In this document: positions 41,540 through 53,715 of the stretch, in pieces
Position numbering within the stretch: position 1 is the stretch's first letter
Layout of the letters: each line of letters begins with the position of its first letter
Assembly (NCBI GenBank): GCA_964106915.2
Contig: OZ066923.1
Reading direction: 5' to 3' (one strand)
Source: Podarcis gaigeae
Lineage: Eukaryota
DNA: 64,000 bases
The notes under the pieces: model-generated
What the model was told of the DNA's origin: nothing
What the model saw: the letters and a program-made list of their open reading frames with translations, nothing else
Databases searched by the model: none
Translations under genes and position numbers: made by a program

Positions 41540-41880
41540 TAACCTCTGCTGCCTTGTGGGATATTTTAGGGAGAAGAAAGGGCTAAGGAGTAAACTCTAC
41601 ACAAATCTGGAGTAGAGTCCCTAAGATGGTTGGATGGTGCCTTGTACGCTTCCTTCCGGCAACTCCTGCAGCCAAGTTGGTGCCAAGCATATTGCTCTGC
41701 TTTCCTTTGGACCACATCGGTGACGCCAGGGATGGGGTCTTGTCATCTTGGCATCCCAGGACGTCCATACACACTGCCCAGGCTTGTGCCCCAGAGAGGT
41801 CACTTTGATGCAAAAACACCACAGTAGGCAGCAGTATTGAGCTACCAGTCTCTGCAGCCACAGCAGCCACTGTGATTCTC
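41540..41880 (+). mobile_element. Possible RTE-clade LINE 5' UTR fragment
   Basis: GC-rich block with GGGCTAAGGAGTAAAC and GGCAACTCCTGCAGCCAAG.TGGTGCCAA, resembling recalled RTE 5' regions. Unverified. Confidence 0.35.
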
Positions 41881-43699
41881 TAGCAGTTTGACTTCACCCC
41901 CAGAGGTACACTCCATTGTCATTGAGAAAGACAGATGCCAACAAAATGAGGAGAGCGCTGCCTATGTGGTCTATCTGGTACCACCTAAGCAAGCCTGCTG
42001 TTCTCGGATACAGTGGAATATTATGTCCCGTCACCAGTTTTAAAGAAGGAGTTAAATGCCAGTCCTGTTGGCTTTTGTTCACGAAATTTGAGGGGAACCA
42101 TCTTGTCCTCTAACCCATGCAGCAAATGCCTTGGGCTTCACCCCTGCCTGCCATGAGGGAAAATAGGCCTTTTAATCTTCAGAATTTATTTCTTTGTTGG
42201 TATAAATTAGCACTCTTCAGAAAGGCACCATCAATATCATAAGAATATTTATAGATTTGGTCATTTCACATTTAATCTGCAGGGCTTTGAAGATTTGACT
42301 AATCTGAAGCTAAACATTTCCTTTTAAAAACAAAGTTGTACAACTATGACTAACCTAACTGCTAGCCTTGACAACATCCCTTTAATAAGAAGCAGACTGG
42401 CTGCCTAGAGGCCTCGCTAGAACTTTTAACAATTTCCAGATTTTGAAATATTTCACAGAAAACTAAGATTCTAATTACTGACCATTAAAAAAATAAAGAA
42501 TTTAAAAGTAATGTTGCATATTAAATTGCTCTATACGTTTTTGTTTTCTTATTTCTCCCCTACTCCTCCAAACCCATTGCCTGAAAGCTATTAAATCAAA
42601 ACAATTTCCCATTAAAATTTAACTGGGCCAAACTTAAGAGAAGATCATTCACTTTCATGGGTGGTCACAATATTAATCACTTTTGGGGCATGCTACCTTT
42701 TACCATCCTGGTCTGTCTGCTGACTTATTCTGTGGTGATAAAAGCCAACAGCTTTTAATCTCTGATTTTAGCACTAGGACCCCACAGTGCTAAGACAAGA
42801 TAAACCTATGTCTACTTACTTTTGAGCAATAAGAGGCTTATCTCCAGACTCAGTGCTGTGGGACTACAGTACTAAGATTGGACATAAGCCTGTGCCTGCT
42901 CATGATTGACAGGTGAGTATCCCACCCACCAGTCAAAAATGGGGCACAGGTAAGTTGTGGACCCAGCTCTTGGGCTGAAAAAGCTTCTCCACACCTGCTG
43001 TTGAGAAATAAGTCCTATTGTGTTAAATTGAGCTCACATACCTCTGGGTAGTGGGTATGGAATTGCAGCCTATAGGGACAGGCTACAAGGACAGGCTATT
43101 TCATAATAAATGATACAGCTAAATCCTACCATCTCCTTCAGTGCACCCTTCCAGACATCCTTTTTATTGCACATTCATTATGATTTGTGCTCATTATGCT
43201 ATTAGGGCAATCACATGCAATCCAGCTTTCAATACTCTTTGTGCCTGCAAAGTGTTGGGGTAGTCATACTGCTTCATTTCCAATCAGTGCATATCCCATC
43301 ACTTCCTGCTGAAATCCCTTAATTTTTTATACCATAATTGTTCTGGACTGCAACTATGTTGTGGTAATGGAGAATCATTGTAGTACCGGAGTCTACCACT
43401 AATGCACTGTATCAAGGACATATTGCAGAATACACCTGCAGTCTGGAGAGGCCCAGAATCATAGATAACATCCTTGGAGTGCTCTTTCTTTTACATATAC
43501 AGCCCGGAAAATATGCTTTCTTTTCTTTCTTTCTTTTACAGGAAGGTCTGAAAAAGCAAACAAACTTGTTCTCCAAAATTTTACTGAGTTCTACAAAGTA
43601 TTTAAAAAGTTTTAAAAGTGGCAACCCACTAATTATACTGGTTAAACCCTTGCTTTATAAAAAATAAATAAATAGGTCTAGTATTTTTAAGCCACCATC

Positions 43700-44000
43700 A
43701 CATTCTATGGCAATGAATTCCATAAGCTAACTATGCACTGTGTGAAATAGTAATTTCTTTTTGTCTGTCCAGATTCAGAACAAACATACATTTCATTGGG
43801 TATCCTAGTTTTAGTACAATGAAGAAAAATCCTCCCCCCCCCCATCATGTTATAAGCCAGTTTAATGATCCTCTCAAAGGTCTTTCTTAATAAACTAAAA
43901 GCCATATAAGCTTCATCCTTCTGTCCTAAGCCCAATATCGTTTTAGCTGCTTTTCTTTTGTGAACCATTTCCAGAGAAGATAAAGCCTTTTTGAGATAAG
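43700..44000 (-). mobile_element. CR1 3' fragment
   Basis: The minus-strand translation ends YYFTQCIVSLWNSLP (compare CR1 ORF2 FF..RVV..WN.LP). Confidence 0.65.
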
Positions 44001-44069
44001 AGTGAAGGAATCAACAAGTGCTGCTCTGAAAAGGGGACAAGTTTAAAAGACACATTGCAAGCCACCTGT

Positions 44070-44160
44070 CATGCATGCTTTAGTTGAGATTCCTGCATTG
44101 CAGGGGGTTAGACTAGAGGACATTCATGGTCCCTTCCAACTCTACAATTCTATAATTCTA
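44070..44160 (+). mobile_element. CR1 3' terminus
   Basis: GATTCCTGCATTGCAGGGGGTTAGACTAGA..GGTCCCTTCCAACTCTACAATTCTATAATTCTA, a CR1 stem-loop with octamer tail. Confidence 0.8.
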
Positions 44161-46189
44161 CAGACAAATTCCTCAAAAGTGCTTAAGAAACCGCTTCATG
44201 CCTTATAATTGGCAGGAGAAGCCCTGCTGCATAGGAGCAAACTCCTAGAAGTTTGCCCCTCCCAGCAAAATATCTGAAGGGGCCAGCTCCCCCAAAGTTG
44301 GTGGCCATTGTCATTCAAGAGATGTATGCATGCCATATCTTGTGATCAATTGTGTGGGGCTGGTTTTATCTCTCCCTCCCCACTATACCATTCAAGTCGT
44401 CCCCCCCGCCCTGTTGGTTGTGCCAGCATTGGCCACTGCCCTGTTGGCACTGATCCATAACAGGATCTTTTCACTAGTAGTTCTGTTTGTTGGTTGGCCT
44501 TCGCTGGTGAGGTGAATCTGCCCCCCCCCATTATTGTTGTTCATTTAATAACATTCCTCTTTATCCAGACTTGATGGTTGAAAGGCACTGTTCCTGGCAA
44601 CCTTGATAGTATTAGCGGTGAATGCTTTTCCAATTTTTTAACTGTTCAATAAAGTTGGCTTTCTAAAAATTGTATTTATTTTCTTTAAAAAATATGTATT
44701 TGCCACCCTGAGATCCTTTAAATTTAATAAAAACAAACAACAACAACAATATACCTGAAACCACCATTTATGCATCCTCCTTTCCATTCGGGATAGGGGA
44801 GAAAAAAAGCTTACCTTTAGTCAGGCAAAGAGAGAGAGAAAGAGAGAGAGAGGGAGATTGTAGCTTTCAGGTATCATCCCACTGGAGAGGATTCAACTGC
44901 AACTCCAAGTCCCAGCATCCCCAACATGAAAATGATGCTGCACATGCTATTCCCACTAAGGAAGAAGGCCCTTAGTGAGCCTCTGCTTCATTGGGAACCA
45001 TGTGACATAAGCACACTGAGGATGCTGGAATTTGTTGCCCCAGTCCGTTCCCCAGCAGAAAAAGGATGTTGTGTGCATGAGTCTCACAGAGAGGGAAGGC
45101 TCCTGAGGGCTCTCTTCACTGTGGGAGTAGCACTCTCCTGGGAACTGGCAAAGGTGGATCTAGGAGAGCAGAGCTTCTGGGGTGCTGCAGCAGGCACCAC
45201 GACTATGACATCCAATGGAAGGCCAGAGGTGAGGTGTGCTGGTTTTGGGGGTTGCATAGGACACCACTGAAATCTGAGATACCAAGGTCTGTCACTAGGA
45301 CTGGGAGAGCTGAACCACTTTGGCCTTCATCCTGCTCTGAGGAGCACTACAGGAACAAGGACAGAAGGTAGCAGCAGATGCAGCTTGCAGGATCAGGGCA
45401 AGTTGGACCATACTACACATCTGGCCCTGTTCTCCCTGATCACTGTCTCAAATATTTGATCCAAGGTACTTCCATTTGAAATTGCATATAAGCTTTCGCA
45501 AAGGATCTGAATGCCCTTTCTCTCCTTCAGCTTCCCTTTAACCAGTTCCCTCTTGTTGGGGGAAATTCCCTGAAATTAAGCTTGACTTTGTTGATCTCTC
45601 TAGGCCATGTTTACTTTATATGTTGACTTTGTCCCTGTTGTATTCACAGTTGCACATGTCTAGCCAGATTCTGGGCAAAAATCAAAGGTCCTTTACCCTT
45701 CTGGCCAACTCTGTGACTAACCCTTAAAAAGCATTAAAATATTATCATACAAAGTCGTGTTGTTTCTTTGTCACGATAAGAAGGTGCGTTTGCTTAATCA
45801 GTATGGAAATAATTGAAAGCTGCCCATTTTCACAACATCTCTTTTAGCTGTCTCTTTTCATTTTAAGATAGTTCTCCCTGTCTCTCTCACACACCCTTTA
45901 TCTTCACATCACAACCACCCTGTGAGATAGGCCTGAGAGACCACGACAAGACCATAATCACTCAATGAGGTTCACAGATGACTGGGAATCAGAACCTGGG
46001 TCTCCATGGTTGTCTCGCCATGCGGAAAGCCAAGACAGAGTGGTGAGGTAGGAAGAAGGGAAAATAATGGACATAATTATTTTATATGTAGGAGCCTCAC
46101 AGGGGTTCTCTTATTTCCCCACAAGGTTCTTCATCCTACAGGCAGATTTGCTCATTGCAATATGCTTGGGGAGGGGGGGACACCTAGTC

Positions 46190-46760
46190 ATTTATTTATT
46201 TATTGCCTTCCTTTCACTAAATAGTTCTGTGACAGGTTACAAAAATATCACAGTTAAAACAGGTATAAATCATCATTTAAAAATATTTTTTTTAAAACCC
46301 ACAAAACTGACCAGTAACAAATTTAACAAAGCAGAAGAGTACAGAAGAGCAATGCAGGAGAAAAGAAGACACTCACTTGTATTGACCAATTGTTTAAAAA
46401 AGCACTCAGTGATGGTGTAAGGGGCATCATGAGAAGAATGTCATTTCCCAAGCTGGGGGTCAACACAGAGAAGGCCCTTTCATGCATCATCAAACCACAG
46501 ATGATGCATGAGATCTTATCCTGCAGATCTTATCACCCAAACAGGTTCAACGTGGGAGGAGGGGTTCAGATACCTGGGATCCAAGCCATTTAAAGAATTA
46601 TATGTCAGTGTTAACACCTTAATTTCCACTTAGTAGTGATTTGGCAACCAATAAAGGTCTTTTAAGACTGTACATACAGAAGCAGGCTCACTGCTGCATT
46701 CTGCCCTAGTTGCAGCTTCGAAACCCTCTTAAAGAGCAGCCCCATGTAAAGCCAAATGGC
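46190..46760 (-). mobile_element. Old L2-like LINE fragment
   Basis: TTTA tail followed by ACAGAGAAGGCCC, CCAAGCCATTTAA and CTGCTGCATTCTG motifs typical of L2 3' ends. Boundaries approximate. Confidence 0.45.
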
Positions 46761-47201
46761 TATTTAGCAGTCTTGCACTCCTTGGATGGAGGCGTTGACC
46801 CACCCAGAGATCATTTTTGTCCCTTGGAAGCTCTGGGACCACAGGGATGTCACATAAGCAAGGTATCATGTGAAAGTATGTGGAAGTAGTAATCTGAACC
46901 AACACACACTGGCTGATGGCCCTAAGAGCTGCCTGGATTAGGTCAGATTACTCTTAGGCTGCAATCTTATACACACTGACCTGGGAATGTCTCACTGAAG
47001 CTGACTTCTGAGCAGACATGTACAGGAATTAGAAAGTTATGGTCTTCCTTCTTGCCCCTTCCTTACTGCCCCGTATCTCTATTTCTCAGGCATTTCTTCA
47101 TTTTTAATGTAAGCTGCCTAGTGCCATATAGGAATGAACTTAACTGCAATATAAAAAAATTCCTTCCAGTAGCACCTTAAAGACCAACTAAGTTAGTTCT
47201 A

Positions 47202-47240
47202 GGTATGAGCTTTCGTGTGCATGCACACTTCTTCAGATAC
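47202..47240 (-). ncRNA. Minimal type I hammerhead ribozyme motif (minus-strand copy, sense to NAV3 pre-mRNA)
   Basis: The minus strand reads GTAT-CTGAAGA-A-GTGTGCATGCACAC-GAAA-GCTC-ATACC, with an intact core, a perfectly palindromic stem II and a 4-bp stem I. Confidence 0.7.
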
Positions 47241-47246
47241 TTCTTT

Positions 47247-47286
47247 GGTATCTGAAGAAGTGTCCATGCACACGAAAGCTCATACC
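47247..47286 (+). ncRNA. Minimal type I hammerhead ribozyme motif (plus-strand copy)
   Basis: GGTAT-CTGAAGA-A-GTGTCCATGCACAC-GAAA-GC-TC-ATACC. Stem I is GGTAT/ATACC, followed by core CUGANGA, a stem II hairpin, GAAA, palindromic AGCU in place of stem III, and a CUC cleavage triplet. Confidence 0.75.
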
Positions 47287-48406
47287 TAGAACTAACTTAG
47301 TTGGTCTTTAAGTTGCTACTGGAAGGAATTTTTTTATTTTGACTATGGCAGACCAACACGGCTACCTATCTGTAACTTAACTGCAATGTTTATGTAATAA
47401 GATTCTGAATTTATCGTTTCACTATTTGTTTTTGTTTCTTAATGGGCATACTGGCAGAAACACACAAAAGTTATTAGCTCAACTTGAATTAGCCGTCTTT
47501 CTCTCAAAGATGATCAACACCTGCTGCTTAGTTTTGCCCAATCAAGCAGCTTGTCAATGAAGAGTTAATTTTAGCATCCGCAGCTTCCTGTGTCACACTG
47601 AATGTTAGCAGCCTCCTTTCTCAACTATCTAGCAGAGATATGATTAGCAGCTAAAACATACAGTGTCATTATGCCGCTAAGTAATTAGAACAATCCTATA
47701 GGAGTCTACAAATGTCATTAAAAAAACAAACAAGTGGGGAGAAAATTAAATGAGAGATCTGAGGAAAGGGAGATTCCATGTGTTATTTCCACAAAATTCT
47801 ACAATGAATTCTCTTTATAGCCACAGACACTGCTAATCAATAAAGAGTACAAAATATAAGTCCCACTTCTGGATGGGAAACTAATTGCCTTGGGATATAT
47901 CCTGACTTTCAAGTACTTGCTGGTTTTAGCTCAGCCTCTTCCAGCAGAAGGTTACACATGTCTCAAGAGATACTTCTCAGACTATTTAACTGGACTTCAT
48001 TGTGGACAAGCAGAGAGGCTATTTATATTCATTAAGAGTTGGCAAACGCCTTATTTCAAACCAGTAGTCCAGACACAAAGACTCCACTCAAAATTGGTTC
48101 TGCTATTTTCTGTCTTTAAAGCAGCTTTGGAATTGAAATTATCCATATAAATCTGAGTAACATAGAAATAAGTTGAAATAAATACATTCATAATTAATCT
48201 AATAGTCAATGCTAATGGTGTTTTTCAGCTCCCTTATACCCCGAACTTGCTTCTATCCAAAGATAACAAACCAAGACTATGTTTTCAAAAAGCCAAAGGA
48301 AATATACATAGCATAATCAACATAAAGCAAAATGAATAGCCAGTAGTACACAATCCAGTAAAGCTCAGATGTGACATCATAACACAAAAATCTGGTTTAT
48401 TCTTAC

Positions 48407-48459
48407 CATTTGAGACTGGCTTCGAGGACAGCCATTGATATCTTCAACCTTTTCATTTG
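48407..48459 (-). CDS. NAV3: NAV3 coding exon (exon 3 equivalent), CH domain
   Basis: 53 nt encoding (A)NEKVEDINGCPRSQSQM. CAG acceptor, GTAAG donor (48402-48406), phase 1 to 0. Too short for the ORF track. Confidence 0.96.
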
Positions 48460-48903
48460 CTGAAGGAAAACAGTGAGGGTTTAAAAAAAAAAGTCAGAGT
48501 AAACTATGTGACCGCAAAGAAGAAAGTAAACAGACATACAAGAATTTTGTAGATCCTGAACTTTGCTCTAAGCACACTGAAACCCTACACAGTAACAATC
48601 TGCCTTGTTAACAGCAGTTCCTTCCCCATGCACAAATCATGCAAATGGGAAGTGCAAAAGGAGGTTGCTACCAATTCTCCAGCCCCTGCCAAATGACTGC
48701 TGACATGAAATCGTCCACAATTGTCTTTGTGGGATCAGGATACAGTTTCAAGGCATCTCAGAAAGTATAAACTACTCCAGCTAATAAAATGCACACATTG
48801 GAGACATATGGCTTAATGAAGCATTCATTTTAAACAATGCCAAGTGTGTGAAACAGTTTTCTGGCCCTTAAAAGAATGGTGGAGCAGACACAAACATATC
48901 TAT

Positions 48904-48931
<28 letters not shown>
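48904..48931. repeat. (CA)14 microsatellite in the short intron between exons 2 and 3
   Basis: Read directly from the sequence. Confidence 0.97.
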
Positions 48932-48935
<4 letters not shown>

Positions 48936-49080
48936 TATATAAAATCTGGGAGAAATTGGAAGCCAAGTCACGGCTCTCTATTTGGTACCCATCTTACAGT
49001 TAAGCTGGCTCTACTTCTATTGCCTTTTCCTTCGTAAGCCACAAGTCAGATCATGCTGTGGCTCAGAGCACAGATCTTAC

Positions 49081-49198
49081 CAATGATCTGGATGATTTCT
49101 GCTAGCAGAACTCCATCGGCAATGTCCTGTTGCAAGTCCTTGATCAGCCGCTTGTGGCCAGATTTTGCTAGATAGTGATTTGCCCAGTCAGTGTATAT
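49081..49198 (-). CDS. NAV3: NAV3 coding exon (human exon 2 equivalent), start of the calponin-homology domain
   Basis: Translates IYTDWANHYLAKSGHKRLIKDLQQDIADGVLLAEIIQII(A), matching recalled NAV3. It is 118 nt, with a polypyrimidine tract plus CAG acceptor (plus-strand 'ct' 49199-49200) and GTAAG donor (49076-49080). Phase 0 to 1. Confidence 0.97.
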
Positions 49199-50039
49199 CT
49201 GCAGAATAGAGGGAGTGGGAGAAATGGGGAGAGAAAGAGAGACAATAAAAATTCTTAAGACAAATGTTGGCTTACAGATGAGCAGGGCTCTAAAGTACAT
49301 TCCAGTTTAAGGAGTCAGAAGAAAAAAACAACCTTTAAAACCTTTTAAAAAATTCTGTCCCCGTGCCATTTTTTTTAAAACCATGAATGAATCATTTTAT
49401 TGCACAATGAAATGCCACAGTCACTGTGACCAAGCAAAAGCCCCTTTAGGAATGCCAAGGAAACTTATGTCAAAATTTACTCTTAGTCTGATCTGATTCA
49501 CTTAAATATACTTAGACTGAAAACTATGCTAAGTGGTGCTGTTTTAAGCACTGTGGTGTATTTTCCCTGTGTCATTGTTTAATAGATCGATATATTCCCA
49601 GTACCTTCCTGCACTCCAGATGTATATTAACGCAATAAGTTATCATTACCACATGGTCTGTTTAGGCAACCAAGTCATCTTTAAGGAGACCTCCCCCAAT
49701 AACTTGGAAGAGTTTACTGAAAGAGCCATGAGTACATAAAGAGTACACCTTATTGAGGAGCAAATGAAAAGGAAACGAAGGGCAAACTGTGTTGCATGTG
49801 TGCCCTTGGTACAAATTCATTGGGTTTGTCATTCGCAACCCTGTGGGTGACAATGTTTCTTGTTCACTGGATGCAACAGTCATACAATTGCTTGCTGCGG
49901 TGAGACAGTTTCATTTGTCCTGTCACCTTCGCTTAAATGTGCTGAAATGCCCATATAGGGCTGCAAAACCAACACGTACATAGAGGTCACATTGTTGAAA
50001 GAACTGCATATATTTTGAAAATATGCTGTGTTGACAGTT

Positions 50040-50470
50040 AAACCAAAGATGTCAACAGTGGAAGTCAGTTGGCAGGTTGGACAAGAGAGAGACTGAACAG
50101 GAAATGACAATGAGTGTCAATAGGCATATGAGTAGGGGGTGGTCCAGTTGACATTGTGTGCTTAGATTTTCAAAAAGGTTTTGAGTCCAAAGACTGCTGA
50201 ATAAGGTTATCAGTTTCTGGACATCCCAACTTCACACGTTTTGAACTGGTGGCACTTGCCAAGGATAGAGATTTTAGAGTCATGGTAGACACTGCAACAA
50301 AAAACATTGACCTCCGTGGCAGGAGTGAAATCGGTTAAATCTATGTCCATAAGAAAGGGGTTGGAAATAAAGCTGCCAACTATTAGACTGGTGGTAAATG
50401 AATCTACAGTGAGACTGCACTGGGAATATTGTGCTCAGTTCTGGTATCCACACTTCAAAAAAGGACAAGA
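50040..50470 (+). mobile_element. Degenerate CR1 reverse transcriptase fragments
   Basis: Encodes VDIVCLDFQKGF (compare CR1 VD.VYLDF.KAFD) and VRLHWEYCAQFWYPHFKK (compare RPHLEYC.QFW.P..KKD), with large internal deletions. Confidence 0.75.
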
Positions 50471-52859
50471 TGACCATGAGGCTGGAATAACATTTTTCTG
50501 GGGGTACTCAGGTATACACAGTACTGGCACCTTTTTTCTAGAAGAACAGCATGGGTTAAAGACACTTATTGTAACAACTTCACAGTGAGTGAAGTGGTGA
50601 GCGTCCCCCTTTTTCTAGAAGAAAAGCACTGAATATAGGCAAAATAACAGATAGACAAACAAGCAGAATTTTTTTAAGACAACAGCTGCCACTTCTCCTC
50701 TTCTTTCTCAAAGTATGGAAAATAATGCGCCAGGAAGGTTATTCTTCTACCATGATTGATAGTTAGCCAAACAAATGGTTTGCTCCTCCAGACTAACTGG
50801 ACTTTGACAAATTTATATTGCTTGCTTATTTAATGTATATACCACTTCATATTTCAACAGAAACCTCTAAGTGGGCTACAATTTTGAGCAAAAGGAAATT
50901 GGTATAAGAAATAAAATATAAATTCCACTTTCAACATCCATAATACTGAACTGCGGAAGTTGCACAACTAAAACAAAAACAAAAAAAACCGTAATTTAAA
51001 AGAATAACAAGTTCAAAGTCTTGTTCTAGATAAAAACCCTTCCTTCAACTGTTTCTCTAATCCTCTTTCAAAGCCAGTGGACAGCCAATGCACTGGGAAC
51101 TCAGATTTCTGCCAGCAGGTGGCTCCCACTGAAGTCATGGGGGGGCGTGTTGCAGAGAGGAGTTTGGAGTCAGCAGACACAGAAACAGTAGCCACACATT
51201 TAACTAATTAACTCAAAAGCATAGTAAATTTTCCAAAGTGGGATAGTCCCCAGGGAAGGATCTTGCAAGGAAAGAGCAGACAAAGATGAGTGCTGGATAC
51301 TTCTTTTCTCACCAGCCATTCACACAATGAAGCGATGGGCACTGAATGGAGCAATAGACAAGGAAAGAGGTGTGCAAAGTAGCAAAAAGTTCACATGCCT
51401 AATACGTCAGTGCACACATCCTTTCTGCTTACTTTTATGCTTCACATATTCATTCCAGGCGTTTTCTTTTCTTAAAGTGTTTACAATATACAGATTATTT
51501 TCAGTTTTAAAAAGCACCTGTTTGCAGTTCTGCAATGCCTCTTGTGCATATTTCTAATGTTTTACTGCTGACTCCCCTTCCCTCTGTCATTTGCATTCCA
51601 GATGTGTGGTATTTGTTTAATCTGCATTTTCCATTATGAGCTTCTGTTTTAAAATAGAACTATCACAGCTACAACAGCTGATAATTATCTAATGCTTTTA
51701 AGCCGCACAGTTTTATGTTTCAATTTCCAGTTATGCTGTAGGAAGCAACAGGGCAAACCAAAGAGAGAGCATGGCTTTGTACATTCTTCCAGTCAGCTCT
51801 TGCACTATTCTATTTTGAAACAAATTCCTTGCAAGCCAGCACATAAATAAACTCAACTCTTCCCTCCCACATCCAGCATGCAAACGACATAAAATTGAAG
51901 CAAGTCAGCCATATATTAGAGTCATTTTGATTTTGACAGGGTGGTGAGAATTGTGAGAATCTTGTGAGAGATCATGTCTTGTCAGTAAAAGTAGGGAAGG
52001 CATCGTCACATGCAAAACTTGTTGTCTTGTTTATTTGTTCATTCAGCTTTCAATTATTTTTCGCTATTAGAAAGTTTACACTGACAGACTGTGTCAAGCG
52101 TCACATCTAAATGAAAAACATTCAGAGCATTAGTCACTGCGCTCAACTTTGCTAATGCTTCTCAGTAACTGATCCCTGGAACAAACTGCAGACTTACTCA
52201 TTTCCTTAAAAAGTTCCCTCTCTTTGCCCACTGTTTTGTTTTTTATATAAAAAACAACTGCATTCAACACAAATTGGTTGCACTACATACCAGGAGCTGG
52301 AATCATCTGAGCCTTAACAGAACAATCTCAACAAGATGTAAAAGAATAAATTCTGCATCTGTGTGGTCCCAATGTGTGTGTGTGAAGGACAGATTAACTG
52401 CTTGCAATGTGAAACGCTAGACAGGATAGGACAACTTGAGCAAGGAAGCAGCTTCCTTGTGTTATTAGCTATCTATTCTTCATGTTAGCATTAGGATTCT
52501 TGAAGTACTTGTCATCACACGAGCAAAGGAAATTAAATTATACTTAATAATGTCCAAATATAGATATAAACTTCACGCATAGCAAAATTGAACAAGATTT
52601 GAAATAACACTTGGGGGGGGGGAATCTTTGAATGCAAAGAAGCAAAAAAAATAAAATAAAATAGAAGGACCCCAAGAAATGAGCTTTATCTGCCAAAATA
52701 TGGGCAATATCTAGTTTGAGGGCTGCTGCATTAATGCATAGAGCACATATCCCTCTAAATGTATGTGGTGAACCACCCTGAGATCTGTGGATAAAGGGCA
52801 GTATAAAAATTTAAATGAATAAATAAACTGTTGATTTCTCAGTTGTTAAAAGTGATAAT

Positions 52860-53214
52860 GGGACGCGGGTGGCACTGTAGGTTAAACCACAGAGCCTAGG
52901 GCTTGCTGATCGGAAGGTCGGCGGTTCGAATCCCCGTGGCGGGGTGAGCTCCCATTGCTCGGTCCCTGCTCCTGCCAACCTAGCAGTTCGAAAGCACGTC
53001 AAAATGCAAGCAGATAAATAGGTACCGCTCCAGCAGGAAGGTAAATGGCATTTCTGTGTGTTGCTCTGGTTCACCAGAAGCGGCTTAGTCATGCTGGCCA
53101 CATGACCCAAAAGCTGTACGCTGGCTCCCTCGGCCAATAAAGCGAGATGAGCGCCGCAACCCCAGAGTCATCCACAACTGGACCTAATGGTCAGGGGTCC
53201 CTTTACGTTTACCT
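52860..53214 (+). mobile_element. Sauria SINE, full length (GGTCAGGGGTCCCTTT subfamily)
   Basis: A and B boxes and tail present, with 14-bp TSD TAAAAGTGATAATG (52847-52860 / 53214-53227). Confidence 0.93.
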
Positions 53215-53714
53215 AAAAGTGATAATGATCTCTTAGAAAGTCATGATGTGATCCATAGAGCCTTAGGCAACACAGAGGACATACCCGACCAGAAACCCTG
53301 TTCAGAAGTTGTTTCCATGTGCATAGAGCATTTGCTGGGCTGTCTGAAAGGAAGGCCTGCATTATTCTCATAGTTGCTGCTGTTAAATTTATTAGCCACG
53401 CTTCACCAGCAGGTTCCAGAGCGTGTTACAACATTTTAGAATCCAGCATGAAAAACAGTTAAATTACAAATTGCTGTCACAGGACTGAGCATACAGCTGC
53501 ATACACACAGATAGGCATTCCATGTGGTCTCCAAGTCAATCATGTGAAGTTACAGACTCCATGCAGCTGTGTGCATTTAAGCGCTTCTGCTAAAGCATGG
53601 GGTTTGGGACTGGGACCACTGTGGCCAGAATACTGGGTTCAGGGCTCCTGCTTTTAGTGTATGCAATGAATCCATTTCTCAACAGGGCTTCTTTCTCACT
53701 GGGGTGGGGGAACC

Positions 53715-53715
<1 letters not shown>

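Larger units (their letters stand above)
47151..47373. mobile_element. Penelope-like element remnant: inverted pseudo-LTR pair with a tail, flanked by a 14-bp TSD
   Basis: Arms 47151-47240 and 47248-47337 are 90-bp inverted repeats with 2 mismatches and a 7-nt spacer, followed by a 36-nt unpaired tail. Direct repeat AACTTAACTGCAAT lies at 47137-47150 and 47374-47387. Inverted pLTR architecture is characteristic of Penelope-like elements. Confidence 0.85.

Noticed and set aside
51427-51600. GTAAGC donor upstream of exon 2 as an alternative coding first exon
   Set aside because: The frame needed to join exon 2 (phase 0) has a TGA three codons before the donor, and no nearby core promoter was seen. 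A non-coding exon cannot be excluded.
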